Source: Candidatus Yonathbacteria bacterium
GTDB taxonomy: Bacteria; Patescibacteriota; Minisyncoccia; Phycocordibacterales; JACNGX01
Reading direction: 5' to 3'
Assembly (NCBI GenBank): GCA_013334825.1
Contig: JAAXWR010000001.1
Coordinates: 267,769 to 331,768 of the forward strand
Length of the DNA: 64,000 nt
In this document: in pieces, positions 1 to 10,415 of the stretch
Numbering within the stretch: the stretch's first letter is position 1
Layout: every line of letters starts with the position of its first letter
Notes under the pieces: model-generated
Seen by the model: only the letters and a program-made list of their open reading frames with translations
What the model was told of the DNA's origin: nothing
Database searches by the model: none
Position numbers and translations under genes: made by a program

Positions 1-839
1 TGGCATGTATTGCGTGTGATGTGAACAATCCATCATTTACTGATGTGTCGATAGATGCAAAATCTGTGTATGTATATGATATAAAAAATGATAGGGTACT
101 TTTCTCAAAAAATGCTGAATCACAATTACCGCTTGCGTCAGTGACTAAGGTTATGACTGCACTTGTTGCTGAGGAATATTTACCTCCGGCGTTTCCTGTG
201 CGTATTCTTACAGAAGACCTTTCCACAGAAGGAGAAAGTGGTTTTTTTGAGGGAGATGTTTTCTCGTCCTCTGATCTCATTGATATTGTCCTTACGGCAT
301 CTTCTAATGATGGAGCATATGCGCTTGCGCGTGTCGCAGGAGCACGTATAGGAGAAGGAAATATACCTGAAAAGACGTTTATACATGCGATGAATGAAAA
401 GGCACAGACATTAGGATTATCACAAACATTTTTTTTGAATGCGACAGGACTTGATGAATCTTCTTCTGTTGCGGGAGCGTATGGATCTGCACGAGATATG
501 GCTCATCTCTTTGGATATATTGCTGTACACAAACCTGTATTGTTAGATGCCACAGCGCATGATGAATTATATATAGCAGGAAGAATATTTCGAAATACAG
601 ACCTTATCGTGGGAAATATTCCAGGCTTACTTGGTTCAAAAACAGGTTTTACAGATCTTGCAGGAGGAAACTTAGTTGTTGTGTTTGAACCTGAACCCAT
701 GCGTCCTGTTGTCGTTGTTGTTCTTGGATCGACTCGCGAACATCGTTTCAGTGATGTGAAAAACTTGGTTTCTGCTGCTATTCGAACGTTTTTACCACCT
801 GACATACGTTCTGATGCCACTGTATCCACGGTCGAGTGA
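1..839 (+). CDS. D-alanyl-D-alanine carboxypeptidase (serine-type, PBP5/6-like), 5'-partial at window edge
   Basis: SVTK (SxxK) and SSND (SxN) motifs; frame is open back to position 1. Confidence 0.7.
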   Translation, partial: ACIACDVNNPSFTDVSIDAKSVYVYDIKNDRVLFSKNAESQLPLASVTKVMTALVAEEYLPPAFPVRILTEDLSTEGESGFFEGDVFSSSDLIDIVLTASSNDGAYALARVAGARIGEGNIPEKTFIHAMNEKAQTLGLSQTFFLNATGLDESSSVAGAYGSARDMAHLFGYIAVHKPVLLDATAHDELYIAGRIFRNTDLIVGNIPGLLGSKTGFTDLAGGNLVVVFEPEPMRPVVVVVLGSTREHRFSDVKNLVSAAIRTFLPPDIRSDATVSTVE

Positions 840-896
840 TATCGTTTCTTGTGACCTTTTGATATACTAGAATACAATTAATAACGTTGTCGGGCA

Positions 897-1991
897 TTGT
901 ATGTTATCCATTTCTTTCCTAAAATTTTTATGATTATCGATATTGATCTCATCAAAATTCTTATCCCTGCGATACTGACATTTTTGTTTGGTATTCTCAT
1001 GACACCATCTATCGCCGGGTATTTGTATGCACATAAGATGTGGAAAAAGAAAAATGTCCAAGTCGCGACTGACGGACGTCCCGCACCTATTACGCAAAAG
1101 CTTCACAACGATGAAGGTGTACATGTTCCCAGAATGGGAGGTGTTGTTGTGTGGGGGAGTGTACTCCTCTCCGTGGCAAGTATTTGGATTATTGCCCATG
1201 TGTTTCCTGGTCCAGTGACAAATAAACTTGAATTTGTTACCCGTACACAAACATGGTTACCGTTTTTTGCTTTTTTTGTTGGAGCTATTGTTGGACTTGT
1301 TGATGATCTATATGCTGTCGCCGATAAGTATGATCAAAAAGCGGGTGGATTATCAGCAAAAAAGAGACTTCTTATTGTGGGAATAATGGGGTTTGTTGCT
1401 GCGTGGTGGTTTTTCTTTAAGCTTGATATGACAGAATTGTTTATTCCGTTTTTTGGTATGTGGTATGTGGGATGGTGGATATTTCCTTTAGTGATTGCAG
1501 TGATGCTCGGTACATATGCAGGGGGGGTGATTGATGGTATTGATGGACTTTCCGGAGGTGTGTTTGCGGCAATATTTTCTGCATATGGGGTTATTGCTTT
1601 TGCACAAAATCAAATTGATCTTGCGGCGTTTTGTTTTGTTATTGTGGGGGGAGTGCTTGCGTTTCTGTGGTTTAATGTGCCTCCTGCACGATTTTATTTA
1701 TCTGATACTGGGGCGACCGCGCTCACAAGCGCTCTTGGGGTAGTTGCTTTTCTTTCGAATCAAGTCGCAGTCTTACCGATTATCGCATTTCCTCTTGTGG
1801 CGACAGCAGGTTCGAGCGCACTGCAGTTACTATCGAAAAAATTTCGAAATGGAAAAAAGATATTTTTGGTTGCACCACTTCATCATCATTTTCAAGCTAT
1901 TGGTTGGCCAGCATGCAAGGTGACTATGCGGTATTGGATTTTATCCGTGATGTTTGCTGTGGCAGGCATTATTATCGCGCTTGCGGGATAG
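897..1991 (+). CDS. mraY: phospho-N-acetylmuramoyl-pentapeptide transferase
   Basis: LVDDLY and APLHHHF MraY signature motifs, polytopic membrane protein; TTG start in track. Confidence 0.9.
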   Translation: MYVIHFFPKIFMIIDIDLIKILIPAILTFLFGILMTPSIAGYLYAHKMWKKKNVQVATDGRPAPITQKLHNDEGVHVPRMGGVVVWGSVLLSVASIWIIAHVFPGPVTNKLEFVTRTQTWLPFFAFFVGAIVGLVDDLYAVADKYDQKAGGLSAKKRLLIVGIMGFVAAWWFFFKLDMTELFIPFFGMWYVGWWIFPLVIAVMLGTYAGGVIDGIDGLSGGVFAAIFSAYGVIAFAQNQIDLAAFCFVIVGGVLAFLWFNVPPARFYLSDTGATALTSALGVVAFLSNQVAVLPIIAFPLVATAGSSALQLLSKKFRNGKKIFLVAPLHHHFQAIGWPACKVTMRYWILSVMFAVAGIIIALAG

Positions 1992-3093
1992 TTGTATGCA
2001 CGAAAAACGCGTCGATCGGTTTTTTCTCGGTATTGTTCTCTTGCTGGTGCTTGGTGGATTTTTTATTTTTGTTTCCGCGTCTCTTGGTCTTCATGCCCGT
2101 GAAGAAGTACGATTTTCTTCGGTTATCATCAATCAGTTCGGAGGCCTTGTGCTTGGACTTTTTGCGATGTTTCTCATCTCGCGTATTCCTGTTGAATGGT
2201 TTCGGCGATATGCACTCCATTTCTTTTTGTTTGGAGTTTTTGCATCATTTCTCGTATTTGTTCCCGGTCTTGGGATGGCACATGGAGGTGCAAAACGATG
2301 GATTTTTCTCGGTCCAGTGACTTTTCAACCATCAGAACTTCTTAAAATAGGAACGATTATTTATATGTCTGCGTGGTTTGCGGCAGTGAAATCGAAGGCG
2401 GGAACCTTTGCGAAAGGGCTGATGCCATTTCTTGTAACTGTGGGTATTGCGGGCGTAGTGCTTTTGTTACAGCCAGATACGGATACGTTTATTGTTACTG
2501 CGGCGAGCGCTCTTGCTGTATATGTTGCCGCAGGTGCAAAATGGCGTCATGTTGCCATAGTTGCTTTGCTTGGCGTACTTGTGCTTGGGGGTGTTGTGTT
2601 GATGCGGCCCTATGTTCTTGATCGCGTTAAAACATTTTTTAATCCATCTGCAGATACACTTGATTCTGGATGGCAAGCCGAACAATCACTCACTGCTATT
2701 GGTTCGGGAGGGGTCATTGGTAAGGGATTTGGACAAAGTAGTCAAAAGTTTGGTTTCCTTCCGGAACCAATTGGTGACTCCATTTATGCTGTTGCTGCTG
2801 AAGAATTTGGTTTTACTGGTGGATTGGCAATTATTGTTGGGTTTCTTCTCTTTTTGTCACGTGGGTCTTATATTGCACGAAGAGCAAAAGACCCATTTAG
2901 TGGACTCCTTGTCCTCGGTATTGTTATAATGACAGTACTCCAATCATTTATGAATATTGCGGCGATGCTCGCAGTATTTCCGCTTATGGGTATTCCGCTT
3001 TTGTTTATCAGTCATGGAGGTTCTGCCTTGCTTATTATTTTAGCGGAAATGGGTATCGTTTTATCAGTTTCTCGTCATCTCGCAAAAGTGTGA
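1954..3093 (+). CDS. ftsW: SEDS-family lipid II flippase/peptidoglycan polymerase FtsW/RodA
   Basis: GAKRWIFLGPVTFQPSELLKIG motif typical of FtsW/RodA; about 10 TM segments; overlaps mraY 3' end, so true start may be internal. Confidence 0.8.
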   Translation: MLWQALLSRLRDSCMHEKRVDRFFLGIVLLLVLGGFFIFVSASLGLHAREEVRFSSVIINQFGGLVLGLFAMFLISRIPVEWFRRYALHFFLFGVFASFLVFVPGLGMAHGGAKRWIFLGPVTFQPSELLKIGTIIYMSAWFAAVKSKAGTFAKGLMPFLVTVGIAGVVLLLQPDTDTFIVTAASALAVYVAAGAKWRHVAIVALLGVLVLGGVVLMRPYVLDRVKTFFNPSADTLDSGWQAEQSLTAIGSGGVIGKGFGQSSQKFGFLPEPIGDSIYAVAAEEFGFTGGLAIIVGFLLFLSRGSYIARRAKDPFSGLLVLGIVIMTVLQSFMNIAAMLAVFPLMGIPLLFISHGGSALLIILAEMGIVLSVSRHLAKV

Positions 3094-3118
3094 TGATTGA
3101 ATTACCTAGCACACTATT

Positions 3119-4429
3119 ATGAAAATACTTTTTACAGGGTCGGGGACTGGCGGACATTTTTATCCACTTATTGCTGTTGCCGAAGAAATAAATCGTATCG
3201 CGGAAGAGGAGCATCTCGTTTCTCCCAAGCTTTATTTTATGGGTCCTACTCCCTATGATAACGCAGCGCTTGCTGAAAATGGTATTACCTTTACGAAAGT
3301 ATCAGCAGGAAAAGTGCGTCGCTACGCATCTCTTCTCAATATAACTGACATGATTAAGACTGCGCAAGGTGTTCTCAAAGCAATATGGGCAGTGTTTCTT
3401 CTTTTTCCGGACGTTGTATTTTCAAAAGGTGGATATACCAGTGTACCCGTTGTGTTTGCCTCACGTTTTTTTGGTATTCCTGTTGTCGTCCATGAATCGG
3501 ATTCAAAACCGGGACGTGCAAATGCATGGGCTGCGAAATTTGCAAAACGTATTGCTATTTCCTATCCTTCGGCAGCAACATATTTTCCTGCTGAGAAAAC
3601 AGCACTTACAGGTAATCCTGTACGAAAAGCAATTCGTGAACCACAACGAACCGGTGCTCGTGAGTACCTAAAACTTGAAGAAAAAACGCCTGTTATTTTT
3701 GTGATGGGTGGTTCGCAGGGCGCGAAACGAATAAACGAAACCGTTCTCGATAGTCTTACGGAATTAGTAAAGGATTATGAAATCATCCATCAAACAGGGG
3801 TGGCGCATATTGATGATATTGAAAAGACGTCTCATGTGATACTCAAAGATAATCCACATGCGCATCGATATCATCCATTTGCGTATTTAAATGATTTGGC
3901 AATGAAAATGTCCGCCGGTGCTGCCGATATTATTGTTTCGCGGGCGGGTTCGACAATATTTGAAATTGCGCAATGGGGACTTCCGTCTATCATTTTGCCA
4001 TTATCCCAAGACGTGAGTCATGATCAGTTTCATAATGCCATTACGTATGCAAAAAGTGGTGCGTGTCTGGTTATTGAAGATCATAACTTAAGTCCCCATG
4101 TGCTCATTGCTGATATTAGACGCATTTTGGAAAATGAAACTGAGCGAAACGCAATGAAAGAGGCTGCGTTATCGTTTACCAAAAATGACGCGGCAACAGT
4201 TATAGCAAAAGAATTGTTGGCAATTGCTTTGAAACACGAGGGAGGTTCAGAAGAAGGAACGATGCAAAAAGAGACAGAAGAGTCGACAGCGCAGCCGTTA
4301 ACAGCAGGGGAATCGGGAGAAGCAGTACAGACAAATGTTTCTCATGAAGATTCTCCGATACTAGGTCAACATAGTGGCATGTCTAAAAAAGATGAGACAG
4401 AACGGCCATTTAGTATTGGTCCTCACTAG
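3119..4429 (+). CDS. murG: undecaprenyldiphospho-muramoylpentapeptide beta-N-acetylglucosaminyltransferase, with ~75-aa acidic low-complexity C-terminal tail
   Basis: N-terminal GSGTGGHFYPLIAVAEE glycine-rich motif and GT28 fold; dcw-cluster context. Confidence 0.9.
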   Translation: MKILFTGSGTGGHFYPLIAVAEEINRIAEEEHLVSPKLYFMGPTPYDNAALAENGITFTKVSAGKVRRYASLLNITDMIKTAQGVLKAIWAVFLLFPDVVFSKGGYTSVPVVFASRFFGIPVVVHESDSKPGRANAWAAKFAKRIAISYPSAATYFPAEKTALTGNPVRKAIREPQRTGAREYLKLEEKTPVIFVMGGSQGAKRINETVLDSLTELVKDYEIIHQTGVAHIDDIEKTSHVILKDNPHAHRYHPFAYLNDLAMKMSAGAADIIVSRAGSTIFEIAQWGLPSIILPLSQDVSHDQFHNAITYAKSGACLVIEDHNLSPHVLIADIRRILENETERNAMKEAALSFTKNDAATVIAKELLAIALKHEGGSEEGTMQKETEESTAQPLTAGESGEAVQTNVSHEDSPILGQHSGMSKKDETERPFSIGPH

Positions 4430-4498
4430 GATTACAATAATCAAAGTTTCCAAATATTGTAACAAAACATTTAAAATATTGATTTGATAAGAGTAAAC

Positions 4499-4525
4499 AA
4501 AAAACCACGCTACTCCGTGGTTTAA
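4499..4525 (-). terminator. intrinsic terminator (hairpin aaccacg/cgtggtt followed by T-tract on minus strand)
   Basis: minus-strand reading is aaaccacggagtagcgtggtttttt; sits at the stop of ORF 4522..4827(-). Confidence 0.5.
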
Positions 4526-4827
4526 GAAATAAACTGAATTGCGATGACGCGATTTTCAGCAGTGGGTATATCACCCATCACACGTATGCGTTTTGTTCTG
4601 ATATTGTGCATTTCAGCAAGTACCTGAGCAAAGTGTACAAAATCGCTTTCATTCCTAAGAAAAGGAATGCAATTAATTTCAGCTTTCTCAGGCCGAGATG
4701 CCTCCTTTTTTCTCCATGGATAATTTTGTTCTCCATCACTCCAACAGAGGTGGGACGGTTCGCTAAACCTGAAATGAAGAAAAAGAGTAATTCCAGGTCT
4801 CACAGAGAATTTTTTTACACGGCTCAT
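4522..4827 (-). CDS. hypothetical protein (101 aa)
   Basis: ORF with a downstream intrinsic terminator; no recognisable motifs; an overlapping + strand ORF is an alternative. Confidence 0.3.
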   Translation of the reverse strand: MSRVKKFSVRPGITLFLHFRFSEPSHLCWSDGEQNYPWRKKEASRPEKAEINCIPFLRNESDFVHFAQVLAEMHNIRTKRIRVMGDIPTAENRVIAIQFIS

Positions 4828-4952
4828 GATAGTATAGTATTTTTAGGATGAAGAAATACAACTTTTTAATATATACCATGTATATGAGACTTGCGCAAGT
4901 GCTCTCATAATATAGAGAAAATCAAGAATATGCTATAATAATAGTATTATCT

Positions 4953-6269
4953 ATGTCTGAACAGAATCACAAAGTTATCACTCGTTTTGCGCCGTCTCCG
5001 ACGGGGGTGCTTCATGTGGGTGGGGTACGTACTGCGCTTTTTTCTTGGCTCTATGCGCGAAAACATAACGGAGAGTTTGTTCTCCGTATTGAAGATACTG
5101 ATACAGAAAGAAGTACTGCTCTCTTTGAGCAAGATATTATAGACGGGCTTGCGTGGCTTGGGCTGACATATGATCACTTTTATCGTCAGTCGGAGCGCGC
5201 ACCAGAACATCGCGCGCATTTGGAACGTATGCTTGCTGAAGGGTCGGTGTATGAAGCGGAAGACAATAAAGATGGTACGGGAAAAGTTATTCGTTTCAAA
5301 AACACCAATGAGACAATTACCTTTGCAGATGTAGTGCGCGGTGATATTACTTTTGATACAACAGAATTGGGAGACTTTGTTATTGCGCGTGATATCGATC
5401 ATCCGTTGTATCATTTTGCGGTTGTCGCGGATGACTATGATATGGGTATCACGCATGTTATTCGTGGAGAAGACGGTATTTCAAATACACCACGACAGAT
5501 TCTCATCGGACGTGCCATGGGTGCCCCACGTCCCGTGTATGCACACATTCCACTTATCCTTGCGCCTGATAAAAGCAAGCTTTCAAAACGGCATGGTGCC
5601 GTATCGGCGACTGCATATCGTGATGCTGGATATCTTCCTGAAGCACTGATCAATTTCCTCGCACTTTTGGGATGGAATCCGGGAGATGAACGAGAAATAT
5701 TTACACGCGATGAACTCATACGTGATTTTTCTCTTGATCGTATTCAGAAAAGTGGAGCAGTATTTTCTACCGAAAAATTGAATTGGGTAAATAAAGAGCA
5801 TAGTAAACGATTACCACCAGAGATTGCGGCGGAGGAAGTCGTGCGTCATTTTCCTGATAGAGATAGTACGATTGTAAAGGCAATTACACCACTTGTTCTT
5901 GAGCGTATTTCTGTGTGGAGTGATATTGATACACTGTGTGAAGCGGGGGAGTTCACGTATTTTTTCACAGAACCCCAGATCGAAGCAGAAAAACTTTCGT
6001 GGAAAGATGCTTCACGAGAAGACACCATGCGACATATTGACAAACTGATTGAAATGTTGCAAGAAGCAGATTACACACATCCCGATACTATCAAAGCATC
6101 TGTGTGGGACTATGCTGAAGCGGAGGGAAGGGGAGCTGTCCTTTGGCCATTTCGTTATGCATTGTCGGGAAAAGAAAAATCAGTTGACCCATTTACTATC
6201 GCGCACATTATTGGCCGTGATCAAACGCTTGCACGTCTTCATGTTGCTCGTAGCGCGTGTGATATATAA
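4953..6269 (+). CDS. gltX: glutamyl-tRNA synthetase
   Basis: class I HIGH motif (PTGVLHVGG) and KLSKR (KMSKS) motif. Confidence 0.9.
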   Translation: MSEQNHKVITRFAPSPTGVLHVGGVRTALFSWLYARKHNGEFVLRIEDTDTERSTALFEQDIIDGLAWLGLTYDHFYRQSERAPEHRAHLERMLAEGSVYEAEDNKDGTGKVIRFKNTNETITFADVVRGDITFDTTELGDFVIARDIDHPLYHFAVVADDYDMGITHVIRGEDGISNTPRQILIGRAMGAPRPVYAHIPLILAPDKSKLSKRHGAVSATAYRDAGYLPEALINFLALLGWNPGDEREIFTRDELIRDFSLDRIQKSGAVFSTEKLNWVNKEHSKRLPPEIAAEEVVRHFPDRDSTIVKAITPLVLERISVWSDIDTLCEAGEFTYFFTEPQIEAEKLSWKDASREDTMRHIDKLIEMLQEADYTHPDTIKASVWDYAEAEGRGAVLWPFRYALSGKEKSVDPFTIAHIIGRDQTLARLHVARSACDI

Positions 6270-6284
6270 TGTAAGTATATTTCT

Positions 6285-7622
6285 ATGTTGAAGTTCTTTT
6301 TTGATTATCATCCACATACTTCGTTCCGCGCTCTCATTGCGCTTTTTCTCGTGCTTGTACTCATTGCGCCGTTTGCCCGTCCTACAGACGCATATGCTGG
6401 ACTTATTGATGATTTGGCACAAAAGATTGCAGGAAAGACAGAAGATATCGAAAAATTAAATCAAGAAATTGAAGCCTACGAAGAACAACTTTCTACGATA
6501 GGAAAAGAAAAAGCAACACTTAATTCAGCTGTTCAGACAATTGATATTACACGCAAAAAACTTGCGACCGACATTTCTCTCACAGAGAAAAAAATTGATG
6601 GTACGTCGCTTAATGTTGAGCGTCTTTCACTTTCTATTGCTGATACGGAACAAGATGTATCTGAAAAGACTGCGGCGATTAAACAATTTATACGTAAGAT
6701 AGATCATATTGAGAATATTTCTACTGCTGAGTTGATGCTTTCCAGTGACTCCTTATCTGATTTTTGGAAAGATATTGAAACAGTGAGACGATTTGAAACA
6801 CATATGAGTGCAGCAGTTGATGAACTTTTGGTACATAAAGCGGCTCTCGAAGGAGATAAAACAGCAAAAGAAAAAGAACAGCAACAGCTTGAAGCGTATC
6901 AAAATCGTCTTGCTGATCAAAAAACTATTGTTGATCAAAATCGTGCAGAAAAAAACGCCCTTCTTCAGCAGACAAAAAAAGAAGAATCCACGTATCAAAC
7001 AAAGCTTGCTGAAAAACAACGCCTCAAGGAAGAGTTTGAAAAAGAGATTCTTGCGTATGAATCACAAATTAAGATTGCGGTTGATCCCAACACGTTTCCT
7101 GCCGTTGGTTCTGGTGTTCTTGCATGGCCCGTTGATGTGATACGTATCACACAATATTTTGGAAGTACAGCATTTGCTCGTTCTGGCGCGTACAATGGAA
7201 AAGACCATAACGGTATTGACCTTGGTATGTCCGTAGGCACGCCACTCAAAGCATCTCTTTCTGGTACGGTTTGGGCGACAGGAAATACTGATGCGTATCC
7301 CGGATGTTATTCGTATGGGAAATGGGTTCTTCTTAAACACCATAACGGTTTAACGACGCTCTACGCGCACATGTCACTTATCAAGGTTGCAGCGGGACAA
7401 GCAGTATCGACAGGTGATATCATAGGATATAGCGGTAATACAGGATATTCAACAGGACCGCATCTTCATTATAGTGTGTTTGCGACACAGGGTGTTCAAA
7501 TTGTAAAAATGGGTGATATAAAAAAGGTTACCGGCTGTGGGCAGGCGACAGTCCCTGTTGCGTCGCTGACTGCCTATATGAACCCACTTGATTATTTAGT
7601 GAATGGGAATGATTATCGATAA
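6285..7622 (+). CDS. M23/LytM-family metallopeptidase with N-terminal coiled-coil (EnvC-like)
   Basis: long coiled-coil N-terminal region; C-terminal HxxxD...HLHY M23 signature (GIDLG...PHLHYSVF). Confidence 0.8.
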   Translation: MLKFFFDYHPHTSFRALIALFLVLVLIAPFARPTDAYAGLIDDLAQKIAGKTEDIEKLNQEIEAYEEQLSTIGKEKATLNSAVQTIDITRKKLATDISLTEKKIDGTSLNVERLSLSIADTEQDVSEKTAAIKQFIRKIDHIENISTAELMLSSDSLSDFWKDIETVRRFETHMSAAVDELLVHKAALEGDKTAKEKEQQQLEAYQNRLADQKTIVDQNRAEKNALLQQTKKEESTYQTKLAEKQRLKEEFEKEILAYESQIKIAVDPNTFPAVGSGVLAWPVDVIRITQYFGSTAFARSGAYNGKDHNGIDLGMSVGTPLKASLSGTVWATGNTDAYPGCYSYGKWVLLKHHNGLTTLYAHMSLIKVAAGQAVSTGDIIGYSGNTGYSTGPHLHYSVFATQGVQIVKMGDIKKVTGCGQATVPVASLTAYMNPLDYLVNGNDYR

Positions 7623-7651
7623 TGCAGATATAGTTACGAATAGTATGTTAA

Positions 7652-7966
7652 TTGTTATTCATTAGTAGTATCTTTATGCACACACAACAAGGACTCATCA
7701 AATTTATTTTTATTGTCATTGTTATTATCGTTGTACTTGGATATTTTGGGCTCAATTTGCGTGAGATTATGGCAACGCCTGCTGTGCAGGATAATTTGTC
7801 ATATGTATGGCAGGCAATTGTCGATGCATGGAATGGGTGGTTGAAGGAACCCGCCGGATGGTTTTGGGACAATGTCTGGGTACCGTATATTTGGGAGCCA
7901 TTTGTTCGGGTGATGGATACGGTGAAAGATGCTAACGCTACACCTATAGAGACACCAGAGGTTTAG
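7652..7966 (+). CDS. small membrane protein, hypothetical
   Basis: hydrophobic N-terminus; followed by a strong intrinsic terminator. Confidence 0.5.
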   Translation: MLFISSIFMHTQQGLIKFIFIVIVIIVVLGYFGLNLREIMATPAVQDNLSYVWQAIVDAWNGWLKEPAGWFWDNVWVPYIWEPFVRVMDTVKDANATPIETPEV

Positions 7967-7992
7967 TGTAAAGAGAAAAAAAGATACATGTG

Positions 7993-8036
7993 AACAGGCG
8001 ACGTGCATATATGCACGTCGCCTGTTATTGTTTTGT
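7993..8036 (+). terminator. intrinsic terminator (18-bp perfect stem aacaggcgacgtgcatat/atatgcacgtcgcctgtt plus T-tract)
   Basis: perfect inverted repeat followed by attgttttgt. Confidence 0.75.
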
Positions 8037-8302
8037 CATACACAAAGTGTGATACGGTAGTTATGGGTATGTATTCAAAACAGAGAAGGGAGGGAGAGAG
8101 GGACAACAGATATGTATCACTATTGATGGAGATAGTTTTGTGATAGTAATAATGATGTACGTGATGATACAGGGGAATGAGAGAGTAATACCGCGCATGC
8201 ATTGTTGTAACAATAGGACGAGATGTTTCTGTGGATTGTTGTTTGTTTATATCATGTATATATGCTGAGATATGCATATATGTTCTAAAGAAGCCTTTTC
8301 TG

Positions 8303-8348
8303 GTATATACAATGTCGCAAAAGATATATTGTGCGACATTGTATATAC
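8303..8348. repeat. 17-bp-stem hairpin (gtatatacaatgtcgca...tgcgacattgtatatac) inside a 480-bp noncoding stretch
   Basis: perfect inverted repeat read directly from the sequence. Confidence 0.5.
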
Positions 8349-8445
8349 ATAAAAAGGACCTTGAAAGGCCCTTCCCTATGATTGATAGGTAGAAATTCGC
8401 TGAGAACTAAAAGAACACGAAAAAGGTACGATGCACATGCGGGCG

Positions 8446-8784
8446 TTAGTCCGAGGTTGATTTCTGTGTGACGGAAACAATTAGGACTGCGTTTTTGACC
8501 AAGAAGTCGTTTGTTGCTGCTTTGATACTTGGACCATTCCCCTCCATGTATCCGGAGAGTCCCGTATATGTAGCATTTTCCGATCTTGTTGTTGTCCCTG
8601 GATGTTTCTGGAGCATGATAACAAATCCATCCCTACCTTCCGAGTATGAGACAAGAGGAATTTTTTCTCTGATTTCAAACTTGGGAGGAGTTACTGTGTG
8701 TGGCATCATGGCGGTATCTGTTTTGATTTTTTTACTAATACGTCTTTCCAAAATCCAATATACCCGAAATACAAGAAAAAGCAA
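8446..8784 (-). CDS. hypothetical protein, co-directional and abutting nth
   Basis: ORF only; an overlapping + strand ORF 8468..8821 with a TM segment is an alternative. Confidence 0.25.
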   Translation of the reverse strand: MLFLVFRVYWILERRISKKIKTDTAMMPHTVTPPKFEIREKIPLVSYSEGRDGFVIMLQKHPGTTTRSENATYTGLSGYMEGNGPSIKAATNDFLVKNAVLIVSVTQKSTSD

Positions 8785-9480
8785 TCAGTGTTCGAATGTC
8801 GAGAGCGGACAGGCACTATGATCGCGTTTTGTTGCGGGACAATACCGTCTACCGTATTCAATCATATAATACGTCGCGTGAAGCCAATCTTTTTTGGAGA
8901 TAATCTCCATGAGGTCTTGCTCAATCTTTTTTGGATCCCATTCGTTCGTGAGTCGCCAGAGACGTGCGAGACGTCTGACATGTGTATCGACGGCGATACC
9001 ATCAATGACACCGTATGCATTGCCGAGTACGACATTTGCGGTCTTTCGTGAGACGCCCGGCAAGGTCAACATTTCTTTCATGGTTCGAGGAACTTCCCCT
9101 AAAAATTGCTCATGGACAATACCTGCCGAGGCAAGGATGTGTTTCGTCTTATTGCGATAAAAACCTGTTGAAAAAATATCCTGTTCGAATATACGTGGAT
9201 TTGCATGTACATAAGAATCAAGCGTCGGATATTTTTTGAAAAGCGTCATGGTTACTTCATTCACTTTTTTATCAGTACATTGTGCTGAAAGAATGACAGC
9301 AACGAGAAGTTCCCAAGGGTTGTGGTAGCGGAGTGCGATTGTTGCTTCTTCTCGCGGAATGAGTGTTTTGAGATGGGAAAAAATGTCCTGCGAGCGTTTC
9401 TTGCGTTCATCTATTGTGCCGATATGACGATGCAAACGACCCTCGGGAAGTTTGGTGTGATGTGAAGTGCGGCGTGACAT
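8785..9480 (-). CDS. nth: endonuclease III (HhH-GPD DNA glycosylase/AP lyase)
   Basis: LTLPGVSRKTANVVLGNAYG helix-hairpin-helix motif; Cys-rich C-terminus. Confidence 0.85.
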   Translation of the reverse strand: MSRRTSHHTKLPEGRLHRHIGTIDERKKRSQDIFSHLKTLIPREEATIALRYHNPWELLVAVILSAQCTDKKVNEVTMTLFKKYPTLDSYVHANPRIFEQDIFSTGFYRNKTKHILASAGIVHEQFLGEVPRTMKEMLTLPGVSRKTANVVLGNAYGVIDGIAVDTHVRRLARLWRLTNEWDPKKIEQDLMEIISKKDWLHATYYMIEYGRRYCPATKRDHSACPLSTFEH

Positions 9481-9534
9481 AGTGTTTGAGTATTAGAGTT
9501 TTGATATTGGATATTGTTTGAAGTTTGCTTTTTG

Positions 9535-10368
9535 TTATTTGAGATTTCCATCTTCATGTTCTCCCAAACTATACCGCCTTTCTTTCTTATGAATCAATCC
9601 TTCGGAACACAGTGCATTGAGTGTACCAATAATGCGTTTTCTTTCAAATGGAAGTACCAGGAGTGTTTGTATTGTACAAGGCGCTTTCACTAATCTCTTG
9701 AGTATCGCACCACGTATCTCCCTGTCGGATCCTTTGAACGGTTTTTGTCTCACGTGATGTTTACTTCGTCTATTTGGGTTCTCTACTCTTGTAGTGAGAT
9801 ACGTTCCATAGTCCATGAGTGCAGAATACCATTCCCGAGGATTCTCATGGTCAAGTGTTGTTTCGACAAGTGGACGAATGTGTTTGTCGCTTATCCCCTG
9901 TTTGTCAGAAAAAAAGTGATGAATATATACCCGTCTTATGTTTGTTTCAATAAACACAACAGGTATATTGTACGCGTATGCACAGATACCACCAGCAGTT
10001 GATGGACCAATACCAGGAAGTGTCATGAGTGTTGCCATATCACGTGGCATACGTCCGCTATATTCATGTACGACTATGTTTGCTGTATCATGGAGCATTT
10101 TGGCGCGTCTATTATACCCCATTCCCTGCCAAGCACGGAGCACATCGGCAAGTGGCGCATTGGCGAGTTTTTGTATGGTGGGAAATGCGCGAAGAAATTT
10201 GTGGTATGTGAGTTCCGCGCGTGCCACTTGTGTTTGTTGAAGCATGATTTCTGATACTAGTATGTGGTAGGGATTGGTTGTCTGTCGCCAAGGCAAATCA
10301 CGTTTGTGTTTGTGATAATAAGCGTATACGGTCTGTTTAAACATAGTGATTTCGCGAGGTGTCGGCAT
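9535..10368 (-). CDS. MutY-like A/G-specific adenine glycosylase (HhH-GPD family)
   Basis: LPWRQTTNPYHILVSEIMLQQTQV N-terminal signature of the MutY/Nth family; LPGIGPSTAGGI HhH motif. Confidence 0.75.
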   Translation of the reverse strand: MPTPREITMFKQTVYAYYHKHKRDLPWRQTTNPYHILVSEIMLQQTQVARAELTYHKFLRAFPTIQKLANAPLADVLRAWQGMGYNRRAKMLHDTANIVVHEYSGRMPRDMATLMTLPGIGPSTAGGICAYAYNIPVVFIETNIRRVYIHHFFSDKQGISDKHIRPLVETTLDHENPREWYSALMDYGTYLTTRVENPNRRSKHHVRQKPFKGSDREIRGAILKRLVKAPCTIQTLLVLPFERKRIIGTLNALCSEGLIHKKERRYSLGEHEDGNLK

Positions 10369-10415
10369 GTCTGCATTGTATAGAAAACAAAACCCCAGAA
10401 CAAGTCTGGGGAATT

